Source: Candidatus Brocadiia bacterium JP1
GTDB lineage: Bacteria; Planctomycetota; Brocadiia; Brocadiales; Bathyanammoxibiaceae
Direction of reading: 5' to 3'
Length of the DNA: 64,000 nucleotides
NCBI GenBank assembly: GCA_051388875.1
Contig: JBMFFR010000002.1
Location: 218,981 to 282,980 of the forward strand
The notes under the pieces were generated by a model. That model was not told the origin of the DNA, did not search any database, and worked only from the letters and a program-made list of their open reading frames with translations. Numbering within the stretch: position 1 is the stretch's first letter; the number at the start of each line of letters is the position of its first letter. Positions 17,907 to 26,573 of this stretch are shown here, piece after piece. The position numbers were made by a program, and so were the translations under genes.

Positions 17907-20372
17907 ATGTTTGACAAATTTACAGATAGGGCAAGAAAGGTAATGGCCCTCGCCAGGGAAGAGGCTAGGAGGTATAACCATGAATACATCGGGACCGAAC
18001 ATATCCTCCTTGGCCTGGTGAAGGAAGGCAGTGGGGTGGCAGCTACTGTCCTTCAAAACCTGGATATAGAATTAAAAAAGGTCCGTATGGAAATAGAAAA
18101 AATAGTCCAGACAGGGCCAGACTTAGTCTCGGTGGGGCAACTGCCTTTTACGCCAAAGGTGAAGAAAGTGCTTGAGTATGCTATGGAAGAGGCCAAGAAT
18201 CTGGGCCACAATTATATAGGTACTGAGCACCTGTTACTAGGACTGCTAAGGGAGCAAGAGGGGGTGGCTGCCCAAGTGCTCCTGAATTTAGGAGTAAAGC
18301 TAGAAGATGTTAGAGAGGAGGTTATTAACTTGTTAGGTGCTGAATCCTCCCAATCCAGTGAAAACCAAGAAAGGGAAGAAAAACGCGGCAAATCTAAGAC
18401 ACCCGCATTGGATTCTTTCGGTAGAGACCTTACCCAGCAAGCTAGAGATGGGGAACTAGACCCGGTAATCGGCCGACAGGATGTCATTGAGAGGGTAATC
18501 CAGATACTTTGCCGTAGAACTAAGAATAACCCTGTTCTCCTGGGGGAGGCGGGTGTTGGGAAGACCGCTATAGTAGAAGGCCTTGCTCAGGCTATAGTTC
18601 AGAGTAGTGTTCCTGAAATTCTTAGGGAAAGACGGATAGTGGCCCTTGACCTTGCCATGATGGTGGCAGGCACAAAGTATCGTGGTCAGTTTGAGGAGAG
18701 AATTAAGGCTGTAATGTCCGAGGTCCGCAGGGCAAAGAACGTCATCCTCTTTGTGGACGAGCTTCATACCCTTGTAGGCGCTGGTGGGGCAGAAGGGGCT
18801 ATTGACGCATCCAACGTCCTTAAGCCAGCCCTCTCTAGGGGAGAAATACAGTGTATCGGGGCCACGACTTTGGACGAATATAGAAAATACATAGAAAAGG
18901 ACGCTGCACTAGAGAGGCGATTCCAGACTATTGTCGTTGAGCCACCTTCAAAAGAGGAGACGGTGGAGATATTGAAAGGGCTTAGGCCAAGATACGAGGC
19001 CCATCACAAAGTAAATATCACTGACGAGGCTATTATTGGCGCTACCGAACTCTCTACACGCTATATCACAGGTAGATTCTTGCCCGACAAGGCCATAGAC
19101 GTAATTGATGAGGCCAGTGCAAGGGTAAGACTAAAGACAATGACCCATCCACCAGACCTCAAACACCTGGAAGAGGAAATCACCAACCTTGAGAAGGAAA
19201 AAGACGAGGCAGTAGCCCTTCAAGACTTTGAGAGGGCGGCCAGGCTCAGAGATAAGGCAGACAAACTCAAAAAGAAGAAAGAGACCATTGAGAAACAGTG
19301 GAGGGAGCGGTACACAGAGCTTACCCCAGTGGTGGATGACGAAGTTGTTGCAGAAGTAGTCTCCAAGATGACAGGGATACCCCTCACAAAATTAGAGTCC
19401 GAGGAGGCTAAGAAACTCCTGCACCTTGAGGCAGAACTCCACAAGATGGTAGTAAGCCAGGAAGAGGCAGTTAGGGCTGTGGCTAAGGCTGTACGGCGAT
19501 CAAGGGCGGGGTTAAAGAACCCCAACCGCCCGGTGGCCACCTTTATATTCGTTGGCCCATCGGGTGTGGGGAAGACCCACCTAGCTAAGTGTCTGGCCAA
19601 GTTTATGTTCGGAGAGGAAGACGCCCTTGTACAAATTGACATGTCAGAATACATGGAAAAGCACAACGTTTCCAGGCTCATTGGTGCTCCTCCAGGGTAC
19701 ATTGGTTACGAAGAGGGCGGCCAGCTAACAGAGAAAATACGTCGTAGGCCTTATGCAGTGGTTCTCCTGGACGAGATAGAAAAGGCTCACCCAGACGTCT
19801 TTAACATGCTCCTGCAAATAATGGAAGAAGGTCGTCTTACAGATAGCTTTGGACGCAAGGTGGATTTTCGCAATGTGGTGCTAATTATGACCTCTAACAT
19901 AGGAGCAGAGATAATCAGAGGACAAGCCGGTATGGGATTCAGGAAGACTACCGAGGAACAGTCTTACGAGGCCATGAAGGAGCAACTCATGAAGGTTATT
20001 GAGAAGCACTTCAGACCAGAGTTTCTCAACCGTCTTGACAACACAATAGTCTTCAAGCCCCTCACTAGGGAAAACCTTGATAAGATTGTACATATTGAAA
20101 TTGCTGCCCTACAAAAGAGGTTAAGCAATTACAATATTACTCTAAATCTTACTGAGGAGGCACTGGATCACCTAATCAAGAAGGGGTATGACCCCACCTT
20201 CGGTGCAAGGCCTCTACGCAGGGCTATAGAAAACCTTGTTGAAGATCCTCTGGCGGAGGAAATCCTGCAGGGTAAGTTTGCACACGGGGCAACCATAAGG
20301 GTCAAGGTGCGTGACGGCAAACTAGCCTTTGAGGAGGAAAAGGCCCCCGCGGAACCTGCACTGAGTGGGTAA
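17907..20372 (+). CDS. clpC: ATP-dependent Clp protease ATP-binding subunit ClpC
   Basis: Duplicated Clp_N repeats, two AAA+ modules ([16 protein letters not shown]) and a UVR linker 'FERAARLRD'. The ATG at 17907 gives the canonical '[12 protein letters not shown]'. Confidence 0.95.
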   Translation: MFDKFTDRARKVMALAREEARRYNHEYIGTEHILLGLVKEGSGVAATVLQNLDIELKKVRMEIEKIVQTGPDLVSVGQLPFTPKVKKVLEYAMEEAKNLGHNYIGTEHLLLGLLREQEGVAAQVLLNLGVKLEDVREEVINLLGAESSQSSENQEREEKRGKSKTPALDSFGRDLTQQARDGELDPVIGRQDVIERVIQILCRRTKNNPVLLGEAGVGKTAIVEGLAQAIVQSSVPEILRERRIVALDLAMMVAGTKYRGQFEERIKAVMSEVRRAKNVILFVDELHTLVGAGGAEGAIDASNVLKPALSRGEIQCIGATTLDEYRKYIEKDAALERRFQTIVVEPPSKEETVEILKGLRPRYEAHHKVNITDEAIIGATELSTRYITGRFLPDKAIDVIDEASARVRLKTMTHPPDLKHLEEEITNLEKEKDEAVALQDFERAARLRDKADKLKKKKETIEKQWRERYTELTPVVDDEVVAEVVSKMTGIPLTKLESEEAKKLLHLEAELHKMVVSQEEAVRAVAKAVRRSRAGLKNPNRPVATFIFVGPSGVGKTHLAKCLAKFMFGEEDALVQIDMSEYMEKHNVSRLIGAPPGYIGYEEGGQLTEKIRRRPYAVVLLDEIEKAHPDVFNMLLQIMEEGRLTDSFGRKVDFRNVVLIMTSNIGAEIIRGQAGMGFRKTTEEQSYEAMKEQLMKVIEKHFRPEFLNRLDNTIVFKPLTRENLDKIVHIEIAALQKRLSNYNITLNLTEEALDHLIKKGYDPTFGARPLRRAIENLVEDPLAEEILQGKFAHGATIRVKVRDGKLAFEEEKAPAEPALSG

Positions 20373-20443
20373 ATTGATAGGCTTGATTGTTTCAGTGGCC
20401 AAGAAAAAGTAGCGTGCTAGATTAGCCTGCACGATAACATAAA

Positions 20444-20475
20444 GGGGAGGATTAAGACCTCCCCTTTTATTTTTC
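20444..20475 (+). terminator. Rho-independent terminator after clpC
   Basis: GGGGAGG-attaaga-CCTCCCC followed by TTTTATTTTT. Confidence 0.65.
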
Positions 20476-20504
20476 ACTCTTAAGTTTTATTATCTCCTTC
20501 TAAC

Positions 20505-21884
20505 ATGCCGAAAGAGTTACGCCTTTACACCTGCCAGTCCTGTGGCTGGAGGACCCAGCGTTGGGTCGGACGCTGCGGGGGATGTGGAGAATGGAACACA
20601 ATCATTGAGGAGACATGGAAACCCACCCGAAAGCGCCCCTCCCTCAGTGGTGAACCCCCCATTTCTCTTGCTGAGGTAGAAAGCAATAATGAGGCCCGCA
20701 TCGCCACGGGTCTAGGGGAATTTGATAGGGTACTAGGCGGGGGGATGGTCCCTGGCTCAGCAGTACTTATAGGTGGCCCCCCAGGCATAGGCAAGTCCAC
20801 CATAATGCTACAGGTCTGTAACCAGCTGACATTGTCAGGGCATAGGCCACTATATATTACCGGGGAAGAGTCCCTCCAGCAGGTTAAACTGAGGGCTGGA
20901 AGACTGGCAATAGAAGGAAAGAACCTACTACTCGGGGCTGAGACTGACCTTGAGGTAATCCAATCGCATCTGGAAAACCTCAAACCCACCCTTCTAGTGG
21001 TGGACTCTATCCAGATGATTTACAAAGAGGGATTGGAATCCGCCCCCGGGACTATCTCGCAGGTTAGAGAGTGTGCCAATGAGCTTATTCGCAAGGTAAA
21101 GAATATGGGCTGCGTACTTTTACTGTTGGGACACGTAACCAAGGAGGGATTACTGGCCGGCCCAAAGGTACTGGAGCATATGGTTGATACGGTTCTTTAC
21201 TTTGAAGGGGAGCGGCTGGGGCCATTCCGTGTGCTAAGAGCCATAAAGAACCGTTTTGGCCCTACCAATGAACTGGCTGTGTTTGAAATGCGAGAGGATG
21301 GCTTACATAGTGTGAATGACCCTGCGGGACTCTTCCTTTCAAAGGATAGCTCTAATACGGCAGGTACTGCTACGGTCGCCTGTATGGAGGGTACGAGGGC
21401 CTTACTCCTTGAAATCCAGGCACTGGTAACCAGGTCCCATTACAATGTCCCCGAAAGGCGGGTAAGCGGTGTAGATTATAATCGTCTCTCTATGCTTGCT
21501 GCTGTACTGGATAGGCGGCTCGGGCTGAAGTTAAGAGACCAGGATGTCTTTGTTAATGTAGTGGGAGGGGTAAGGATAGAAGAACCTGCCGCTGATTTGG
21601 CAATAGCCCTTGCCATAGCCTCAGGCCTCACTGATAGACCCATCCCCGCCTATACAGTGCTCCTCGGAGAGGTAGGACTGACTGGAGAAATAAGAAACGT
21701 CAGCCAGATAGAAACCAGGATAAAGGAAGTAAAAAGACTGGGCTTCAAAAAGGCCATAATACCAAAAGACAACTCAAAAGACACAACCAATCTTAAAGAA
21801 CTAGAGATACTCCACGTAAGCCATCTAAAGGAAGCCATAAGGCATCTTGAAGCCAGGTCATCCAGAGAGATAGAAGCAATATAG
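20505..21884 (+). CDS. radA: DNA repair protein RadA/Sms
   Basis: Zinc finger 'CQSCGWRTQRWVGRCGGCGEW', P-loop 'GGPPGIGKST', 'KNRFG' and a Lon-like C-domain. Confidence 0.95.
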   Translation: MPKELRLYTCQSCGWRTQRWVGRCGGCGEWNTIIEETWKPTRKRPSLSGEPPISLAEVESNNEARIATGLGEFDRVLGGGMVPGSAVLIGGPPGIGKSTIMLQVCNQLTLSGHRPLYITGEESLQQVKLRAGRLAIEGKNLLLGAETDLEVIQSHLENLKPTLLVVDSIQMIYKEGLESAPGTISQVRECANELIRKVKNMGCVLLLLGHVTKEGLLAGPKVLEHMVDTVLYFEGERLGPFRVLRAIKNRFGPTNELAVFEMREDGLHSVNDPAGLFLSKDSSNTAGTATVACMEGTRALLLEIQALVTRSHYNVPERRVSGVDYNRLSMLAAVLDRRLGLKLRDQDVFVNVVGGVRIEEPAADLAIALAIASGLTDRPIPAYTVLLGEVGLTGEIRNVSQIETRIKEVKRLGFKKAIIPKDNSKDTTNLKELEILHVSHLKEAIRHLEARSSREIEAI

Positions 21885-22020
21885 TTGTGAGCCTTTAGCT
21901 ACTTTTTCTTCCTCTTTGGAAAAGGAGGATTAAAGGGATTTGAGATTTATTAGCGGTTACAACCTCCCAGCCCACAGGAAAAGGGATTAGTTACAAATCC
22001 CACCACCGCAGGAGATTGCG

Positions 22021-22968
22021 TTAAAGCAGGGTTAACTGATGAACACCATTCTTTTCAAGCTTACTGTTTTGTGCAGACCCAGTTGGATATTGAAGCAGTA
22101 TGTCAGATACAGGGTCGTGTGTCTTCCAGCGTTTGTAGGCAAGGGAATAATCCAGGTTGGCGTAACAGTAAACACAGCCGTGCGGACAAGTATCGTAAGC
22201 TCCGATGTCACGACTCTGAACACAGCGGCATCCCTTACGCGTGGGCACTATCTTTGTTTGCCTGGGTTTATGGGGGAAAAGCTCAGAAAGCAACTCACCA
22301 TCCACGCATTGGGCTGGCTTTACCCCTTCCACAGCGAGCGCCTCATCACAGCAAGAATACAAGGTTATACCAGATGATTGGGCAATGCCCACAAGCTCTT
22401 TCACCAGGGACCTCTTCTCCAAACACCCTGGGTCGTAAAAGTAGATATTGTTACCCTCGGATAGTCTCAAAAGATTACGCTTCACTTTTGAGTATAGACT
22501 CACAAAACTGAAATAACACCTGCTCGTTGCCCCTTCTAATCTCCTTGCCAGGTTCTCAAAGCTCCGCTTAAAAAAATCCGGACCTGTGAGGTTAGAAAAG
22601 ATTACAGGGTCAAATCTCCAGAGCACCCTCTTCGGCCCGTATCGGTCGGCCAGCCTGCGGAAAGAGTCCACCGCCTCCTGCCACGGGATTACCCTGGTCT
22701 CAAGCAGCCTGGGAAGGCCGGTAATTGTGTAATGAAACACAAAATCATATCCCATCGCCTCAAGCTCTCTCAGGTGAGGCTCAAGGGGCTGGAAGTTCTT
22801 GGACCAGAAGACAACGGAGTGGACGTCTTCGGGCTTCAGAGACACCTCATACACCCGTCCCCCGAATGGGTTGGCGTATCTCACCCTCCCCTCCCTTATC
22901 CGTCTCATGAACCACTCAGAGTAGAAGGCAGGTATATCAGTACGCCTGCTGGCAGAGATTATATTCAT
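22021..22968 (-). CDS. DUF1848 domain protein (Cys-rich, probable Fe-S enzyme of unknown function)
   Basis: 'ISASRRTDIPAFYSEWFMRRIREG' is the characteristic DUF1848 N-terminus, and the C-terminus has a Cys cluster 'CRC...CPHGCVYCYA'. Confidence 0.8.
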   Translation of the reverse strand: MNIISASRRTDIPAFYSEWFMRRIREGRVRYANPFGGRVYEVSLKPEDVHSVVFWSKNFQPLEPHLRELEAMGYDFVFHYTITGLPRLLETRVIPWQEAVDSFRRLADRYGPKRVLWRFDPVIFSNLTGPDFFKRSFENLARRLEGATSRCYFSFVSLYSKVKRNLLRLSEGNNIYFYDPGCLEKRSLVKELVGIAQSSGITLYSCCDEALAVEGVKPAQCVDGELLSELFPHKPRQTKIVPTRKGCRCVQSRDIGAYDTCPHGCVYCYANLDYSLAYKRWKTHDPVSDILLQYPTGSAQNSKLEKNGVHQLTLL

Positions 22969-22998
22969 TTATAATCTATAACTTTTAGCGAGTATAAC

Positions 22999-24816
22999 CT
23001 ACCAGCTTCTTCCTCCCCCGCCTCCGAAACCGCCACCGGAGCTACCGCCACCGCCAAAACCCCCGCCCCATCCACCTCCACCCCCACCGCCTCCAAATCC
23101 ACCTCCTAAACCACTCCCCCTGGGTGCAGAGAACATCGTTGAGGAAAGACTGGAACTAAATCCCTCTATTGACTGGGAAAAACTGCGAGGGCTAAATGCA
23201 AAGGGTCTTTCGGTTGTGGGCACTCCAATGCGTACTCCATGTGGTATATACCACTCAGGGGGTTCCTGGTAGATTCCCTCAAAGGCCCTTGCCCATTTAT
23301 CTACGACATCCAGGGCAATGGCATAAGGCAAGAATTTGGAGAAAAGGTCTTTATCCCCCATTTTTTCCAGCCTATCTTTTTCCGCACGCATCAGGAATTC
23401 CATAAACCCTAAAACATGCGCGTATGCCAGTGCACCAGCTCTAGTTTTGGCAGGCATTATCTGTGCGAAGCCAATTAAGGGTATCCCTGACAGTATTCCT
23501 GCAATTATGCCTTTCGTCGGAGGATAAGATATGAAGCCGAGTACTACCGCACAAAGCCCCATGACCACAGCACCAGCTATCAAATAAAAACGCCTTACCG
23601 CTTCAGGGCTTCTAAGGAAAAATCCCTTCTTTAGGAGCTCCCAATAAAGTGTTTCTTTAAGAGATTTTATGTTCGTATAGAATTCGTTTTGTAAATCCGA
23701 GGAGCGCACACTCAGTTTGGTACCTGTGAATATACCTTGCATAAGTTCTCTTTCAAAGATATTTAAGTCTGAATCGGGGTCTTTAATTTTTGTGAACTCA
23801 TAATCAGTGGACTTAAAGACCCACCCCTTTTCCTCTACCTCCTTAATATTTAAGTACCCTTTTACGGCAAGCCCTACAATGCCAGCAGAGATATCCCTCG
23901 GATGGAGCCTTTCGTCAACCAGGGCACCTACTTCTGAAGGGGTGAGTGGTTTATCTTTGTATTCTGGCGGTCCATACATGACCACGACAGACCGTCTTAC
24001 CCTTGGGTCCCTACCTACTGTACTCCAGAGGGTTATCATAGTTATCAGTGAAACTAACGGCACAAAAAATACCCAATTATCTTTTACGACCTCTAGCTTC
24101 CACAGGAACTTCCTCCACCCGGATGGAGGGACCACTAGCCCTTTTTTCCATCCCAGCGCTATAGTGAATCCTTCGCCCGGGCTAAGACCTCTCGTTATGG
24201 AGAAGCTGCCGCCCTTTTCTCTTTTTTCAAAGGTGCACTCAGATGCAGTTGAACCAGGGATACCCGTGTAACATACCCACGGAAAATCCTCGCCACTAAT
24301 ATTCTCTACTGCCAGGGCGACTTCCGTTGACGCCCCCATGATAGGAGACTCCCAGTAATTACCAGTTACATTCCAGTAAAGCTCATCATGGTCATCAAAA
24401 AACAGTACAGCATTCTCAACTTTATAGGTGATGACAAAGGTTTGATATCCACCGACATATTTATGTGGACTACCTATTCTTATAGCTACTACATTGCCTT
24501 CCTTCCGGGCAATATATTCCCAATCCTGCCATGCGTCATTGGTTACTGATAGTACTTTTATAGGTGTCTTTATTGTCTTACCAAGCTCGCTCTCATACCT
24601 AAACGGAATCTCCCGGTAAATGCCATGTCTTGGCATATGGAATTCTACATTTATGGTTTCCCTGACTATAAAGGAGGAATCTTTATTGATAGTGATGTCA
24701 GAGTGAAATGAGTTGATTGTGAAGTACTGTGCGAAGGCAGGAGAAATAAAGACGGTCAACACGAAGACCGTAACCAGAATTATTCTGGTAAAGTTTGGGA
24801 GAGAGGTCTGCATCAT
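22999..24816 (-). CDS. DUF2207 domain membrane protein with a Gly-rich C-terminal tail
   Basis: Signal/TM at the N-terminus, a large exported domain, 3-4 TM helices, and a tail 'GGGFGGGGGGGGWGGGFGGGG'. It pairs with lemA. Confidence 0.85.
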   Translation of the reverse strand: MMQTSLPNFTRIILVTVFVLTVFISPAFAQYFTINSFHSDITINKDSSFIVRETINVEFHMPRHGIYREIPFRYESELGKTIKTPIKVLSVTNDAWQDWEYIARKEGNVVAIRIGSPHKYVGGYQTFVITYKVENAVLFFDDHDELYWNVTGNYWESPIMGASTEVALAVENISGEDFPWVCYTGIPGSTASECTFEKREKGGSFSITRGLSPGEGFTIALGWKKGLVVPPSGWRKFLWKLEVVKDNWVFFVPLVSLITMITLWSTVGRDPRVRRSVVVMYGPPEYKDKPLTPSEVGALVDERLHPRDISAGIVGLAVKGYLNIKEVEEKGWVFKSTDYEFTKIKDPDSDLNIFERELMQGIFTGTKLSVRSSDLQNEFYTNIKSLKETLYWELLKKGFFLRSPEAVRRFYLIAGAVVMGLCAVVLGFISYPPTKGIIAGILSGIPLIGFAQIMPAKTRAGALAYAHVLGFMEFLMRAEKDRLEKMGDKDLFSKFLPYAIALDVVDKWARAFEGIYQEPPEWYIPHGVRIGVPTTERPFAFSPRSFSQSIEGFSSSLSSTMFSAPRGSGLGGGFGGGGGGGGWGGGFGGGGSSGGGFGGGGGRSW

Positions 24817-24860
24817 TTGTTCTCCTTTTTGGTTTGAGTTACTATAGCTTAAGCATGACC

Positions 24861-25460
24861 TTATCCCTTCTTTTCAGCACCTCCGCCTTCAAGAAAGCTT
24901 ACTTTCACCGGCTTTCTCTCTAATTCGGGAACCTCCAGTTCAAAGAACTCCGCCCTTTCAAACCTGAACATAGAGGCAATTATGTTTGATGGTACCGATT
25001 CCCTGGTGATGTTATAATCTCTGACCACTGCGTTATAGTATCTCCTTGCGTATTCTATATTATCTTCCAATTCTCTTAATTGCGATTGGAGTTGCATGAA
25101 GTTGGTATTCGCCTTCAGCTCCGGGTATGCCTCTGCGATGGCAAACAGGCTCTTCAATGTCTCCCTCAACATATTTTCAGCCTTTGCCTTTTCAGCGGGG
25201 GAGGCAGCTTGAGCGGCCATTGACCTCGCCTTTGTCACATTCTCAAAAACAGTCCTCTCATGAGAGGCATATCCCTTTACTGTCTCAACAAGATTAGGCA
25301 CCAAGTCATATCTCTTTTTGAGATGGACGTCTACATCAGACCAGGAAGACTTTATAGTATTCCTCAAGCCAACCAATTTATTGTAAAAATATAATCCCAG
25401 ACCGAGGAGCGCAAAAACTATAAAGAAAAATATTCCTATCGCTATGAATATGGGTATCAT
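24861..25460 (-). CDS. lemA: LemA family protein
   Basis: N-terminal TM followed by 'YNKLVGLRN...[26 protein letters not shown]' and '[12 protein letters not shown]'. Confidence 0.92.
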   Translation of the reverse strand: MIPIFIAIGIFFFIVFALLGLGLYFYNKLVGLRNTIKSSWSDVDVHLKKRYDLVPNLVETVKGYASHERTVFENVTKARSMAAQAASPAEKAKAENMLRETLKSLFAIAEAYPELKANTNFMQLQSQLRELEDNIEYARRYYNAVVRDYNITRESVPSNIIASMFRFERAEFFELEVPELERKPVKVSFLEGGGAEKKG

Positions 25461-25800
25461 TTTGGCCTCCTAAAGGGAGATTCGGTTTGCCCCGCCCGAC
25501 AAAATGTATAGTAGGCTTTTAATAAATTTCATCCCCCAAAAACCTTTCAAAAAAAAACCCACTCTCTTTTAGGTTAAAGCAATTATATGGGGGAAGCTTG
25601 CCCAAAATCAAGCAGAATTTATCAGCTTGGGTTTATGTGATTAGCACATTTATGATTTTAAGTGGGGTACAACATGACATCAAAGATTAAGGCTCGGAAG
25701 AGATTCTTTAACCATGCAAATAATGCCCCCTTAAACAGAAAAGTTATTTCTTAAACCATGCGAATGCCAGAGAAGATTTTATTGCAAAGGCTGAGGCGGG

Positions 25801-26145
25801 TTAGGGATGCCCATGTGGACCACCAGCTGCTGGCTTTTCCACCCTTACACCCAGTTTTTTCAACACGGGCTCCAGTGCGTCAAGCTCTGACTTAATTGCG
25901 CCTAGTTTCTTGCCCAGTTCATTAAGGGCCTTTTCAACCTCAGGGTCTTTAGCAGGGGCAGCAGGCTGGGCAACACCAAGTCCAACCTTGGCCTCTAAGT
26001 CCCTATATTTTTTTGCCATCATAAAGCTGAAACCCAGGGAAATGGCTACTAGTAAGCCCAAGAGGAATTTTCCAGTAAGCGGCCCACCACCGGTGTGGGA
26101 GTGGTCCTCGCCACCTGTATGCTCGTGAGTCTTTCCGTGCTCCAT
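25801..26145 (-). CDS. Hypothetical single-TM protein with His-rich termini
   Basis: 114 aa. The N-terminus reads 'MEHGKTHEHTGGEDHSHTGG', the C-terminus reads 'GPHGHP', and one TM plus a helical segment lie between them. Confidence 0.45.
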   Translation of the reverse strand: MEHGKTHEHTGGEDHSHTGGGPLTGKFLLGLLVAISLGFSFMMAKKYRDLEAKVGLGVAQPAAPAKDPEVEKALNELGKKLGAIKSELDALEPVLKKLGVRVEKPAAGGPHGHP

Positions 26146-26573
26146 TTGTTCTCCTTAGTGTTACCTCAAATCTTCATTTGCTGAGTATGAATGGTCTGGG
26201 CCTCATGCGCCGAAAATTAGGCATCGCTAAAGAGTCGCCAAGACCTCTGCTCGTACCTGTAAGTTACAGACCGTCAGTATTATTTAGAGACAAAAATATA
26301 CAGTTATCTTAAATTGTAGTCAAATGAAAACTTGCTGGTAAAGACTTGTTTGCCGTATTGCTTATAATGATTTTTGAAGTTCATCGCGGCCAATTGTTGC
26401 AGTGGCTCGGTAACTTAACTTGAGACGGATTCCTCTTATCTAACCTATAAAATTCCTGGATGCCAGAACTGTCCTAAATATGTAATGTAGATTTTGCTTG
26501 ATTTTGTATAACTCCTGTGATAACTTTTGCTCCAAAATGAATTCCTATTGATAAAGCGAAAGGGGGAAATACT

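Noticed and set aside
22999-23110. GC-rich low-complexity DNA repeat
   Set aside because: It is in frame and encodes the Gly-rich C-terminal tail of the DUF2207 protein, so it is not an independent element.
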